A DNA stretch of 64,000 nucleotides from Fidelibacterota bacterium (GCA_018649625.1 JABIHN010000012.1:10782-74781), one strand, 5' to 3'; shown: positions 10,491 through 19,968, counted from the stretch's first letter. The notes: a model not told the origin generated them from the letters alone. Translations and numbers: made by a program.

Positions 10491-11211
10491 ATTAACAATT
10501 CAATACGATGGATCATCCTTTTTTGGGTGGCAACTCCAAAAGAATGAGCGAACAGTACAAGGAGAAATTGAAAAAGGTATTCAAATCATTTCCCAATCTT
10601 CAAATAGAATTACGTTACATGGCGCAGGACGCACAGATACTGGTGTACATGCACGTGCTCAAGTTGCCCATGTCGATTTAGAAACTCGATTAAATATCAA
10701 AGAATTGAAAAATGCACTAAATGGAAATATCGATAAAGACTGTCGAATTATGGATATAGAAAAAATTCATGATGATTTTCAGGCAAGATTTGATGCTAAG
10801 AAACGGTATTACAAATATCAATGTTATGTTGGAGAATCAATATTATATCATAATCAGGCTTGGATCGGTTCAAATTTGAATCTTGATTGTCTCAATGAAT
10901 TGGCTTCTCAAATTGTGGGTGATCATGATTTTCTTTCCTTCAGCAAGTTTCGTGAAGATATGAAAAATACACGATGTTTGATATATAAATCCGAATGGAA
11001 GTCAGAAGGAAAGATGGTAATATTTAGGATAGTAGGAAATCGTTTTTTACACCACATGGTTCGATATTTGGTTGGGTCAATGGTTGCGGTCAATAATGAG
11101 CGATTTTCAAAAGACGAATTTTTATCTTTATTGAGGAATCCACAAAAAGATGTTCGTATCTTTAAAGCACCAGCTCAAGGATTAATTCTTGAAAAAGTTG
11201 AATATGAATAA
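10477..11211 (+). CDS. truA: tRNA pseudouridine(38-40) synthase TruA
   Basis: TTG start. 'YKLTIQYDGSSFFGWQ', catalytic 'GAGRTDTGVHA', 'RFLHHMVRYLVG'. Confidence 0.92.
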   Translation: MGRYKLTIQYDGSSFFGWQLQKNERTVQGEIEKGIQIISQSSNRITLHGAGRTDTGVHARAQVAHVDLETRLNIKELKNALNGNIDKDCRIMDIEKIHDDFQARFDAKKRYYKYQCYVGESILYHNQAWIGSNLNLDCLNELASQIVGDHDFLSFSKFREDMKNTRCLIYKSEWKSEGKMVIFRIVGNRFLHHMVRYLVGSMVAVNNERFSKDEFLSLLRNPQKDVRIFKAPAQGLILEKVEYE

Positions 11212-12280
11212 GCTATTTTCAATATTATATATTTTTACTCTCCTTTATGGCGATGGAATTTCATCTTCAAGGGAAACCGCGATCACACGTGCTATTAAAA
11301 AAGTGGGTCCTTCTGTCGCGAGTATAAATGTGGAGCAACATGTGTCATCTGTATCTTTCGATCCCTTTTTTGGATTTATGTATCCTCGAAATATTTATCC
11401 AATGAAAAGTTCAGGAAGCGGAGTTGTAATAAGTCCGGATGGATTTGTTATGACTAATTATCATGTTATTGAAAATGCCGATAAAATTTCCGTAACCTTG
11501 TCAGGTGGATCAGAATATGAAGCAGAAATTATCGGTGCTGATATAACGTCTGATCTTGCTCTTTTAAAATTAGAAGGATCTAATTTCCCATATGCTGAAT
11601 TAGGCAGCTCCGATGATTTACTAATAGGTGAGTGGGTAATTGCATTAGGAAATCCCTTCCAACTCTTTTCAATCAGTAATAAACCATCAGCAAGTGTTGG
11701 AATTATATCAGCAACCAATATGGATTTTGGTCGTCTTAAAAATGGGAAAGTATTTCAAGATATGATTCAAACTGATGCTGCAATTAACCATGGAAATTCT
11801 GGAGGCCCCCTTGTAAATGCTTTAGGAGAAGTCATTGGAATAAATACATTTATCTATACAGGTTCAGATAATGCTCAAGGGTCTGTAGGAATTGGTTTTG
11901 CTATCCCAATAAAATCAGCAAAACGAGTTGCGAAAGAATTAAGAACAACTGGACATGTTGATAGAGGATATTCTACAGGCTTAATGGTTCAATCTGTAAC
12001 TCAAAGTATTTCTAGGTATTTAAATATCCCATTTGCAAAAGGTGTCATTATTGTAGAAGTTATAGGAGGGGGAGCAGCTGAACGATCAGGATTACTTCCA
12101 GGAGATGTGATTCTTACGGCAAATGGTGAACCTGTAAATTTGCCAAATGATATTAGATCAGTTATTTTAGATAATGATCTTCGTTCCGGCGATAAAATCA
12201 TATTGAAAATTTTTAGAGATGGGGATTATAAAAAAATTAAAATGAAGTTAGGGAAATATAAAGAGAATCCATACAAATGA
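11204..12280 (+). CDS. HtrA/DegP-family trypsin-like serine protease with PDZ domain
   Basis: Signal peptide, 'VMTNYHVI' (His), 'DLALLKL' (Asp), 'GNSGGPLVN' (Ser), C-terminal PDZ 'GLLPGDVILTANGEPV'. The ATG at 11204 is preferred over the upstream TTG at 11189. Confidence 0.88.
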   Translation: MNKLFSILYIFTLLYGDGISSSRETAITRAIKKVGPSVASINVEQHVSSVSFDPFFGFMYPRNIYPMKSSGSGVVISPDGFVMTNYHVIENADKISVTLSGGSEYEAEIIGADITSDLALLKLEGSNFPYAELGSSDDLLIGEWVIALGNPFQLFSISNKPSASVGIISATNMDFGRLKNGKVFQDMIQTDAAINHGNSGGPLVNALGEVIGINTFIYTGSDNAQGSVGIGFAIPIKSAKRVAKELRTTGHVDRGYSTGLMVQSVTQSISRYLNIPFAKGVIIVEVIGGGAAERSGLLPGDVILTANGEPVNLPNDIRSVILDNDLRSGDKIILKIFRDGDYKKIKMKLGKYKENPYK

Positions 12281-12912
12281 GACTTGCTCAAGAAGGACGA
12301 ATTATAGTTTTACCTCTCGCATTAATTACGGCATTGATGATTTGGCTATTTGTTAGAATAGAATTCTCAATGATTATTCCATGGGTTATATTTGGGGTAT
12401 TGGTATTTTGTTTTAATTTTTTTCGAGATCCAATTAGGAAAATACCTGAGGGTGATAACTTGATAATTTCTCCTGCAGATGGAAAAATAGTGAAAATCAC
12501 TGACATAATTGATGAAGATGTAGGAGATGCTCAGTTGGTATCAATATTTTTAAATGTATTTAATGTTCATATCAATCGAATGCCTATTGAAGGTACATTT
12601 ATGACTGTAAATTATAAAACAGGAAAGTTTTTAGCTGCGTTTGATCATAAAGCATCAGATGAAAATGAACAAACAGAAATAACGATTAAGTCTACTATTG
12701 GAACTGTTAAAGTAAAACAAATTGCTGGATTAATTGCTCGAAGAATCTTATGCTATGCCAAACCAGCTGAAAAGATGTTGCAGGGAGGTAGGCTTGGTTT
12801 TATTCGATTTGGATCAAGAACTGATTTGATTCTTCCCAAACATGTTAAATTATCCGTAGAATTAGGGCAGAAAGTGATTGGGAATGAAACAATCATAGGC
12901 ACATTTGAATGA
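12277..12912 (+). CDS. psd: phosphatidylserine decarboxylase (short, membrane-anchored type)
   Basis: 'SPADGKIV', 'NVHINRMP', self-cleavage region 'GFIRFGSRTDLILP'. ATGA overlaps on both sides. Confidence 0.88.
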   Translation: MRLAQEGRIIVLPLALITALMIWLFVRIEFSMIIPWVIFGVLVFCFNFFRDPIRKIPEGDNLIISPADGKIVKITDIIDEDVGDAQLVSIFLNVFNVHINRMPIEGTFMTVNYKTGKFLAAFDHKASDENEQTEITIKSTIGTVKVKQIAGLIARRILCYAKPAEKMLQGGRLGFIRFGSRTDLILPKHVKLSVELGQKVIGNETIIGTFE

Positions 12913-13661
12913 AATTTAAATCCAAAAAGAAAAGACAGCCTCCACGGAATTTTATTCCCAATATATTGACTTTGCTTAATATGTTTCTGGGGTTTATATC
13001 AATAGGGCTTATTTTAAATGGACATCCAATAAAGGCTGGTGTTTTTATCATTATTGCGGGTGTGTTTGATGTTTTTGATGGTAAAATTGCACGAATGCTG
13101 GGTATTTCATCTCGATTTGGAGTTGAGTTTGATTCAATGGCTGATACAGTATCTTTTTGTGTCGTTCCATCCGTTTTAGTATATTCGCTTTATGTTGAAG
13201 GATTACCACCATTACTGGGTGGGTTTATTAGCTTTATCCCACTGATGTTTGGCACGATTCGATTGGCTAAATTCAATTTGGACGAAGAACCCGGAAAACC
13301 AAAATCCTATACCATAGGGTTAACAACTCCTATAGCAACAATTACTTTGTTCTCATATTTATTTTTCAATCATCAAATAGACGGAGATTTTGGTGATCCA
13401 CGCACAGCTCTCATGTTAGTTGCAGCTCTTGGTGTCCTCATGGTCAGTCCAATACATTTTGCGAAATTTCCTTTATTATCATTTAAGTCTGGGAGAGCGA
13501 ATACAACTCTTTTAATTGGTTTCATTATTTCAATGATTAGCCTTGCAATTTGGCAAGGCTATGTATTAATGCCTTTAGTAGCAGTTTATATAGGTTGGAA
13601 TATTGTTCATTGGCTTGTGAATCCACACAAACATGAATTACCATCAGAATTTGATATCTAA
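12909..13661 (+). CDS. pssA: CDP-diacylglycerol--serine O-phosphatidyltransferase
   Basis: Exact CDP-alcohol phosphatidyltransferase motif D-G-x2-A-R-x8-G-x3-D-x3-D in 'DVFDGKIARMLGISSRFGVEFDSMADT'. Coupled to psd. Confidence 0.88.
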   Translation: MKFKSKKKRQPPRNFIPNILTLLNMFLGFISIGLILNGHPIKAGVFIIIAGVFDVFDGKIARMLGISSRFGVEFDSMADTVSFCVVPSVLVYSLYVEGLPPLLGGFISFIPLMFGTIRLAKFNLDEEPGKPKSYTIGLTTPIATITLFSYLFFNHQIDGDFGDPRTALMLVAALGVLMVSPIHFAKFPLLSFKSGRANTTLLIGFIISMISLAIWQGYVLMPLVAVYIGWNIVHWLVNPHKHELPSEFDI

Positions 13662-13664
13662 CCT

Positions 13665-13952
13665 ATGAGTAAAAGAAATTTATCATTAATCATACTTGGC
13701 CTTTTTGTGGGTGCCGCCATTGGGGGTGTATTAGGAAACTTGATGGGGTGGATATTACCTGAGGGCGTTGTGAAGGACTTTTTCTTAACTAGCTTAACCT
13801 TTGATCTGGGTGGATTTTCGGGTAATGAAATGGGTGTTCTTATTTTGGATTTGAATATTATTACTTTGAAATTAGGATTAACTATGACATTTAATTTTAC
13901 GAGTATAATTGGGCTAACATTCGCCTATTATATTTTAAGGTATTTTCGTTAA
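13665..13952 (+). CDS. small membrane protein (possibly DUF4321-like)
   Basis: 95 aa with two hydrophobic segments. Tightly follows pssA. The family assignment is only a recollection. Confidence 0.35.
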   Translation: MSKRNLSLIILGLFVGAAIGGVLGNLMGWILPEGVVKDFFLTSLTFDLGGFSGNEMGVLILDLNIITLKLGLTMTFNFTSIIGLTFAYYILRYFR

Positions 13953-13995
13953 TTTTTTTGGAGGCAACATGATAAATGTTGATGTAAACTAACGT

Positions 13996-14202
13996 ATGTT
14001 TAATTTAGGAACAGGCGAACTAATCCTCATCTTCTTGGTGATTTTATTACTCTTCGGTGCAAAACGTTTACCCGAACTAGCCCGTGGGCTTGGCAAAGGA
14101 ATCAATGAATTCAAGGATGCTGTTGAATCTAGCAAAAAAGAAATCATGGATGCCAAAGAGAGTGCTGAATCACCTATCGAGAAAAAGGACGATCAAGGGT
14201 AA
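13996..14202 (+). CDS. tatA: twin-arginine translocase subunit TatA/E
   Basis: 'GTGELILIFLVILLLFGAKRLPELARGLGKGINEFK', followed by an acidic tail. Confidence 0.92.
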   Translation: MFNLGTGELILIFLVILLLFGAKRLPELARGLGKGINEFKDAVESSKKEIMDAKESAESPIEKKDDQG

Positions 14203-14318
14203 ATTAGTTTTGGTAGAGATTCCAGAATTTCTACTCATAAATTATTGAGAAACATTTCACCGATTTGTTCGTTCGGGTATCTATTATGAATCGGGATTAA
14301 GCCAAACAATTATAAGAA

Positions 14319-15287
14319 ATGGATTTTCAACATCCTTTGTATCTACTTTTATTTGCGATCATTCCTATATTGATTGTTTGGTATCGTACGTCCGGAAAGA
14401 CAAAAGAAGGCACACTCAGAATTTCATCTTCTACATTCATGTCAGAAGAATTTAAAATAATTGGAATACGAAAGCACAGACTCATCCAATCAATCTATTT
14501 GTTTATTCTTCTTTTAACAATTATTGGTATTGCTCGACCGAGATTAATTGATAATCTTCAGGAAACATCTATTAATGTCATAGATATGCTTTTAGTACTA
14601 GATATTAGTTCTAGTATGTTAGCGGATGATTTTCCACCGAATAGATTGGAAGCAGTTAAAAAGACAGCTAGCGAATTTATAGATGGAAGAAAAGAAGATA
14701 GAATTGGAATTCTTGTTTTTGCGGGAGAATCTTTTATTCAATGCCCACTCACAGTAGATAAAGATGTATTACAATCTCTCATAAATGAAATCTCAATTGC
14801 ATCAAAAGAACATGATGGAACTGCCATTGGAATGGCGATTGCGAATGGTACAAATCGTCTTCGAAATAGCGATGTAGAAAATAGAGTTATGATTTTATTA
14901 TCGGATGGAAGTAATAATGCTGGAGAAATTGATCCTAAAACAGCAGCAGAATTAGCTGCTGAATATAATATTAAAATTTATACAATTGGTGCTGGTACAA
15001 ATCAATCTTACACGCGTATTCCTGGTCGTGGATTAATTCGAAATGAAATAGACGAGGAAACATTAATCCATATCGCAAAGGTGACAGGCGGTAAATTTTT
15101 CAGAGCAACAAATGTGGAAGCTTTAGTTTCTATTTATGAAGAAATTGATCAATTAGAAAAGACAGAAATTGAAGTGAGAGAATTCACGCAATATAAAGAA
15201 ATGTATGGTTGGTTCCTTATTCCAGCATTTTTATTCGGTCTTGGGATGGAAACCACACGCAGATCTATCTTCAGGAGTAAAACCTAA
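14319..15287 (+). CDS. batA: VWA-domain aerotolerance protein BatA
   Basis: Two N-terminal TM segments. MIDAS 'VLDISSSM', 'ILLSDGSNN', C-terminal TM. First gene of the bat-like operon. Confidence 0.85.
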   Translation: MDFQHPLYLLLFAIIPILIVWYRTSGKTKEGTLRISSSTFMSEEFKIIGIRKHRLIQSIYLFILLLTIIGIARPRLIDNLQETSINVIDMLLVLDISSSMLADDFPPNRLEAVKKTASEFIDGRKEDRIGILVFAGESFIQCPLTVDKDVLQSLINEISIASKEHDGTAIGMAIANGTNRLRNSDVENRVMILLSDGSNNAGEIDPKTAAELAAEYNIKIYTIGAGTNQSYTRIPGRGLIRNEIDEETLIHIAKVTGGKFFRATNVEALVSIYEEIDQLEKTEIEVREFTQYKEMYGWFLIPAFLFGLGMETTRRSIFRSKT

Positions 15288-16291
15288 TGTCATTTCGATT
15301 CAGTTGGGTATTAATATTTTTAGGCCTTCAACTTTTTCTTTGGGCTTTTTGGTATTTTAAGGATATAAAAAGCGATTCAATCTTCCCGCTCGCATCAGAG
15401 AAAGTGAAATCGATCATGGGCATAAACTTGGATAAAAATAGAATTCAGTGGCGAAACCGCATCATTTTAATAGGATTAGCATTATTAGCTTTTTCTGCAT
15501 CAGGGCCACAGATTGGGACCCGAGTTAAACCCATCGAGCGAAGAGGGGTAGATTTAGTAATTGCCTTAGATACATCCACCAGTATGGATGCTGAAGATGT
15601 AACGCCATCGCGATTAGCAAAAGCAAAATTTGAATTGGGTCGTCTCATTCGAAAATTAAAAGGTGATCGAGTTGCAATAATTGTATTTGCAGGATCTAGC
15701 CATTTATATTTACCACTTACGACCGATTATGAAGCAGCACAACTTTTTTTGAATGAAATTGATACTGATATGATTCCAACACAAGGAACTTCCTTGAGTT
15801 CTGCAATGAATACAGCTATGTCTGCATATACGGAAGAGAATGACAAATTTAAGGTCATGCTAATGGTAACAGATGGTGAAGACCATGAAGGTCAAGCTAT
15901 AGAGTTGGCAGAACAGGCGGCAAAAGTAGGTCTCATGATAAATACTGTGGGTGTTGGATCCGAAATGGGAAGCTTAATTCCTATAAAAGGAAATAATATT
16001 AAAACAGCTGAGTACAAAAGAGACCGATCTGGAAAATTGATTACATCAACAATGAATGAAGGTATTTTACGAGATATTGCATCGGCAGGGAATGGATCTT
16101 TTTTTTGGTTTGATAATAATCGAGATACACATGAAGATATAGCATTGGCTATTCAGAATATGGAAAAGAAAACTATTTCTACTCACGAATTTTCTGAATA
16201 TGAAGATCGATATCAATCATTTGCTTTGCTGGCATTTGGCTTTTTAGTTTGGGGATTTGTAATACCAACTCGTCCGAGAAAAAAAACATGA
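15287..16291 (+). CDS. batB: VWA-domain aerotolerance protein BatB
   Basis: TAATG coupling to batA. MIDAS 'ALDTSTSM', 'MLMVTDGEDHEG', C-terminal TM. Confidence 0.85.
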   Translation: MSFRFSWVLIFLGLQLFLWAFWYFKDIKSDSIFPLASEKVKSIMGINLDKNRIQWRNRIILIGLALLAFSASGPQIGTRVKPIERRGVDLVIALDTSTSMDAEDVTPSRLAKAKFELGRLIRKLKGDRVAIIVFAGSSHLYLPLTTDYEAAQLFLNEIDTDMIPTQGTSLSSAMNTAMSAYTEENDKFKVMLMVTDGEDHEGQAIELAEQAAKVGLMINTVGVGSEMGSLIPIKGNNIKTAEYKRDRSGKLITSTMNEGILRDIASAGNGSFFWFDNNRDTHEDIALAIQNMEKKTISTHEFSEYEDRYQSFALLAFGFLVWGFVIPTRPRKKT

Positions 16292-17091
16292 TAAAATTTA
16301 TTTCCCTTATTTTATTTATAGGAACGCTTCAAGGACAAGATAAAGGGAAGAAAGCCTATGATGAAGGCAACTTTGACGATGCACGTATTTATTATGAAAA
16401 TATACTTAAAAATAGGAAAAAAGATGATGCCGCTCTATTTGGATTAGGTGTAACATCTTATAAGCAAGATGATATGGAAACGGCTGCACGTTCATTGAAT
16501 AAGGCTATGAATTCAGATAATAAATCTATAGCATCAAAAGCGATGTATAATCTGGGGAATATGTTTCGTGACCAAGAGAAAATGGAAGAAAGTCTATCTT
16601 TTTATCGTAAAGCTATTGAGTTGGATCCATCAGATGAAGATGCAAAAGTGAATTATGAAATGGTAAAACAGATGCTGCAGCAGCAAGAACAGGAAAAACA
16701 AGATTCAGATCAGGAGAATAAGGACGAAAAGAATCAAGATCAAGACTCAGAAAATCAGGAGAGTGAAAACCAAGATCAAGATTCAAAAAAGCAGGAGAGC
16801 GAAAACCAAGATCAAGACTCAGAAAATCAGGATAAGCAAACTCAAAAAGATCAGGAACAAGAAGGAAATAAAGAAGACGAGCAAAAGCAAAACAAAGAAG
16901 ATCAACAAGGGCAGAATGAAGATCAGGATGAAGAACAAAACCAAGCAGAGCCAAAAGAATCTCAAGAGCAAAAAAGTGACAAAGAAATGCAGGCTGAAGC
17001 CATATTGAATGCTTTGAAAGACAAAGAAAAAATTAATCAAAAGCGACAGATTTCAAAAGCTAAATCCCGAAAACTTGAGAAGGATTGGTAA
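16288..17091 (+). CDS. batC: TPR-repeat protein BatC with acidic low-complexity tail
   Basis: ATG at 16288 (ATGA overlap with batB) gives the signal peptide 'MIKFISLILFIGTLQG'. TPR-like 'YNLGNMFRDQEKMEESLSFYRKAIELDP'. Followed by a long Q/D/E/N/K-rich tail. Confidence 0.75.
   Translation: MIKFISLILFIGTLQGQDKGKKAYDEGNFDDARIYYENILKNRKKDDAALFGLGVTSYKQDDMETAARSLNKAMNSDNKSIASKAMYNLGNMFRDQEKMEESLSFYRKAIELDPSDEDAKVNYEMVKQMLQQQEQEKQDSDQENKDEKNQDQDSENQESENQDQDSKKQESENQDQDSENQDKQTQKDQEQEGNKEDEQKQNKEDQQGQNEDQDEEQNQAEPKESQEQKSDKEMQAEAILNALKDKEKINQKRQISKAKSRKLEKDW
16729..16836 (+). repeat. three tandem 36-bp coding repeats inside batC
   Basis: Units at 16729-16764, 16765-16800 and 16801-16836 (consensus about GAAAACCAAGATCAAGAYTCARAAAAKCAGGAGAGY). 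They are in frame and encode the reiterated 'ENQDQDS(E/K)(N/K)QES'. Looser related sequence flanks both sides. Confidence 0.8.
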
Positions 17092-18791
17092 TGAGACTCT
17101 TTGGACTTACTTTAATTTTATCAATTTCCCTTTCTCAAACAGTACAAATTTCTGTGGACAGGAATAGATTGGAAGAAGGGGAATTAATTACCTTATCAAT
17201 AGAAGTGAGTGGCAGTAAAGATTTTGCGCAAGTGGATATGAGTCAGATAAAAAAAGATTTTGAAATTTTAAGTGGTCCAGGCCAGCAGACAAATATCCAA
17301 TGGATTAATGGAAGTATGACAAGTACCAAAACTTTAACATGGACTATCTCGCCCAAGATGAATGGTGCTCTTTCTATTCCCGGTATATATGGAACTGTGG
17401 ATGGGAAAACATTCCGCGGAAAGCCTATTCAAGTCCATGTTAAAAAAAATTCTGAATCAACCGATAATTCTGTGTTTATTGTTGCAGAAGTGGATAAGGA
17501 AAAGGCATATCTTGGAGAGCAGATTACAGTTTCTTTTAAATTATACAAAAATGTAAACATGTCGATTGAACCATTTCAAGTTCCTGAATTTTCGGGGTTT
17601 TGGGTAGAAGACCTTTATACGCCTCAGCGAGTGCAATATCGTAATGTGACACTTCAAGGTGTAAAATATCAAGTAGCAAACCTAGGACAAAAGGCATTAT
17701 TCCCTATTCCATCTACTCAACATATTATTCCACAATTAAAGGTTAAAGCACAAATTGAAATGAAGAAAAAAAATAGAAGAAGAGATCCATTCTTTGATCC
17801 GTTTTTTGATTCATTTTTGACTCAAACAAAAACCAAAGTTTTAAATACTGAAAAAATTAAAATAAATATTATACCTTTCCCGGATCCTAAACCATTTGAT
17901 TTTAGTGGTGCTGTTGGTTCATTTACAATATCAGCTAAAACTGATAGAGATACGGCAAAAGTAAATGAAGGATTCACTTTTACTATTTCTATGGTAGGGA
18001 CTGGAAATCTCGGACTCTTTTCTATTCCTGAAATAAAATTCCCCGATGCATTGGAAGCATTTCCACCTACGGATAACTTTGAAAAAGATACCTTTCGAGA
18101 TGATTTGACTGGCACTCAAACTTGGGAATATATATTAATTCCAAGAAGAGCAGGAAACCTAACCATCCCAAGAGTTCAAATGTCTTATTTTGATCCGAAA
18201 TCTCGACAATGGCAACGTACTCAAACAAATCCTATTGAAATTCCAATATTACCTGGGGATTCAGATTTAACTCACGCATCAGGTCTTACAAAAAGGGAAG
18301 TGGAATTATTAGGAGAGGATATTCGTTTTATACATACTAAATCTGTGGAGTTTGTTGGAAATAATAAAGAGAAATCAAAAGTCGCCATTTTCATATATTT
18401 AGGTTCAATGTTAATTTTTGTATCACCATTTTTTATTACAAAAATCACAGGTCATCGATTATCAACATCTGAAGGAAGACAAATTAGGGGCGCCCTTAAA
18501 ACTGGATTAAGAGAGTTGAAAAAGAGTGAAGACGATCTATTTGAAATTGCAAGTCGTGCATTTTATATTTATATGAAAAATAAACTGACGTTGCCGACAC
18601 ATAATTTGGATCCTGCAAGTGTTGAGAGCCATCTTAATAATCGAATTTCAAAAGATTCAATGGTAAATGTTTTAGATTTATTAAAAGCTTGCGATGCAGG
18701 AAAATATGCACCAGGAGGCGTTGAGCGTGAAGCCAATATTCTGAACGAAATGGCATCAATAATCAAACAGATTGATCGAGAAATATCTTGA
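17091..18791 (+). CDS. batD: BatD-family (oxygen tolerance) protein
   Basis: Signal peptide, large beta-rich ectodomain, single TM near the C-terminus ('VAIFIYLGSMLIFVSPFFI'). Position after batC. TAATG coupling. Confidence 0.75.
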   Translation: MRLFGLTLILSISLSQTVQISVDRNRLEEGELITLSIEVSGSKDFAQVDMSQIKKDFEILSGPGQQTNIQWINGSMTSTKTLTWTISPKMNGALSIPGIYGTVDGKTFRGKPIQVHVKKNSESTDNSVFIVAEVDKEKAYLGEQITVSFKLYKNVNMSIEPFQVPEFSGFWVEDLYTPQRVQYRNVTLQGVKYQVANLGQKALFPIPSTQHIIPQLKVKAQIEMKKKNRRRDPFFDPFFDSFLTQTKTKVLNTEKIKINIIPFPDPKPFDFSGAVGSFTISAKTDRDTAKVNEGFTFTISMVGTGNLGLFSIPEIKFPDALEAFPPTDNFEKDTFRDDLTGTQTWEYILIPRRAGNLTIPRVQMSYFDPKSRQWQRTQTNPIEIPILPGDSDLTHASGLTKREVELLGEDIRFIHTKSVEFVGNNKEKSKVAIFIYLGSMLIFVSPFFITKITGHRLSTSEGRQIRGALKTGLRELKKSEDDLFEIASRAFYIYMKNKLTLPTHNLDPASVESHLNNRISKDSMVNVLDLLKACDAGKYAPGGVEREANILNEMASIIKQIDREIS

Positions 18792-19534
18792 AAAACTTTA
18801 TAATATTATTTTTGTTCATTTCAATAGGTTTAGCCGATATTTCTGATGAATTATTTTCTCAAGGGAATAATGCGATGATTAATGAAAATTATGAAGATGC
18901 AGTTCAAATCTATGAATCCATTTTAGAACTGGGATTTGAAAATCCAAATCTTTATTATAATCTAGGTAATGCATATTATAGGCTACATTATATCGGACAA
19001 TCAATCTGGGCCTATTCTAATGCCATTAAAATGTCACCAAGGGAATCGGATTTTCATCATAACCTTTCTGTTGCAAAAGCGCGAAAAATAGATCGAATTG
19101 ATATGCCGGATGCATTTATTTTATTGAAGAAATACCGCGAATTAAAAAATAGATTCATTTTGGAAGAATGGGTTATTTTAGGAAGTTTAGTTTTATTGTT
19201 ACAAGCATTTTGGTTTTTTGGGCTTCAGTTTGGTTGGATTCGTGGAAATATGAGCCAAACTGTTTTAAGTGGACTTATTGTCTTAACCATCGGAATCCAT
19301 GTTGTTGCAACCGATAAATATTTTCAAGAGAAAAGAACTCATTCTGGAGTTGTTATTGCTAATGGTGTGGATGCATATTCAGGACCGTTCTATGGCGAAA
19401 ATACAGTTCTATTCCGTATTAATGAAGGTAGTAATGCTGATATTAATCAGTCTCAAAAGAATTGGGTGGAGATTATTCTCATTGACGGAAAAAGGGGGTG
19501 GATTCCATCTGAATCTATCAGGACATTGAAATGA
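18788..19534 (+). CDS. batE: BatE-like TPR + SH3b domain membrane protein
   Basis: TTG start overlapping the batD stop. TPR 'YYNLGNAYYRLHYIGQSIWAYSNAIKMSP'. TM segments. C-terminal SH3b-like 'NWVEIILIDGKRGWIPSESI'. Confidence 0.7.
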   Translation: MKNFIILFLFISIGLADISDELFSQGNNAMINENYEDAVQIYESILELGFENPNLYYNLGNAYYRLHYIGQSIWAYSNAIKMSPRESDFHHNLSVAKARKIDRIDMPDAFILLKKYRELKNRFILEEWVILGSLVLLLQAFWFFGLQFGWIRGNMSQTVLSGLIVLTIGIHVVATDKYFQEKRTHSGVVIANGVDAYSGPFYGENTVLFRINEGSNADINQSQKNWVEIILIDGKRGWIPSESIRTLK

Positions 19535-19968
19535 AAACTTTTATATTTATCATAATATTTACGGGGCAACTCCTTGCACAGGATTCCATGTTTTGGTTTG
19601 ATATGAACACAGTTCTTGATCCAGTACCAAAAACTCCGAAAATTTTGGATAAAATATTTGGCACATCTCAGCTAGGGTTGTTGGATTCATTGAAAAGTGC
19701 TCGTGTTAAATCTATTGATGGCTTTCGATTACAAGTTTATGAAACATCAGCCGTCGAAGAAGCTAATCGTAAATTTAAAAAATTTGAAAAAGTTTTAAAC
19801 GATTCACTTTATTTAGTTTTTGATGCACCTTTGTATAAACTTCATTATGGAAATTTTGTCACCAAAAAAGATGCTGAAACCCAAAAAGTAAATTTAAAAC
19901 GAAAAGGGTATAAAAATGTTTGGATTGTTCGTAGCCGAATCGAACAATTAGATTTTTTGATCGAATAA
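19531..19968 (+). CDS. SPOR (peptidoglycan-binding) domain protein
   Basis: Signal peptide. 'GFRLQVYETSAVEEANRKF...LHYGNFVTKKDAETQKVNLKRKGYKNVWIV' fits the SPOR beta-alpha-beta-beta repeat pattern. ATGA overlap with batE. Confidence 0.7.
   Translation: MKTFIFIIIFTGQLLAQDSMFWFDMNTVLDPVPKTPKILDKIFGTSQLGLLDSLKSARVKSIDGFRLQVYETSAVEEANRKFKKFEKVLNDSLYLVFDAPLYKLHYGNFVTKKDAETQKVNLKRKGYKNVWIVRSRIEQLDFLIE

Noticed and set aside
14213-14234. Hairpin after tatA (GTAGAGATT-CCAG-AATTTCTAC), considered as a possible terminator.
   Set aside because: The stem is AT-rich with a G-U pair, and no U-tract follows. This is not enough to call a terminator.
16613-17040. Three long alternative-frame ORFs (16613-16954 minus, 16763-17008 plus, 16819-17040 minus) over the batC tail, one extremely K-rich.
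   Set aside because: They are artefacts of the stop-free low-complexity A/G-rich repeat region. The batC frame is supported by its signal peptide, TPR region and operon coupling.
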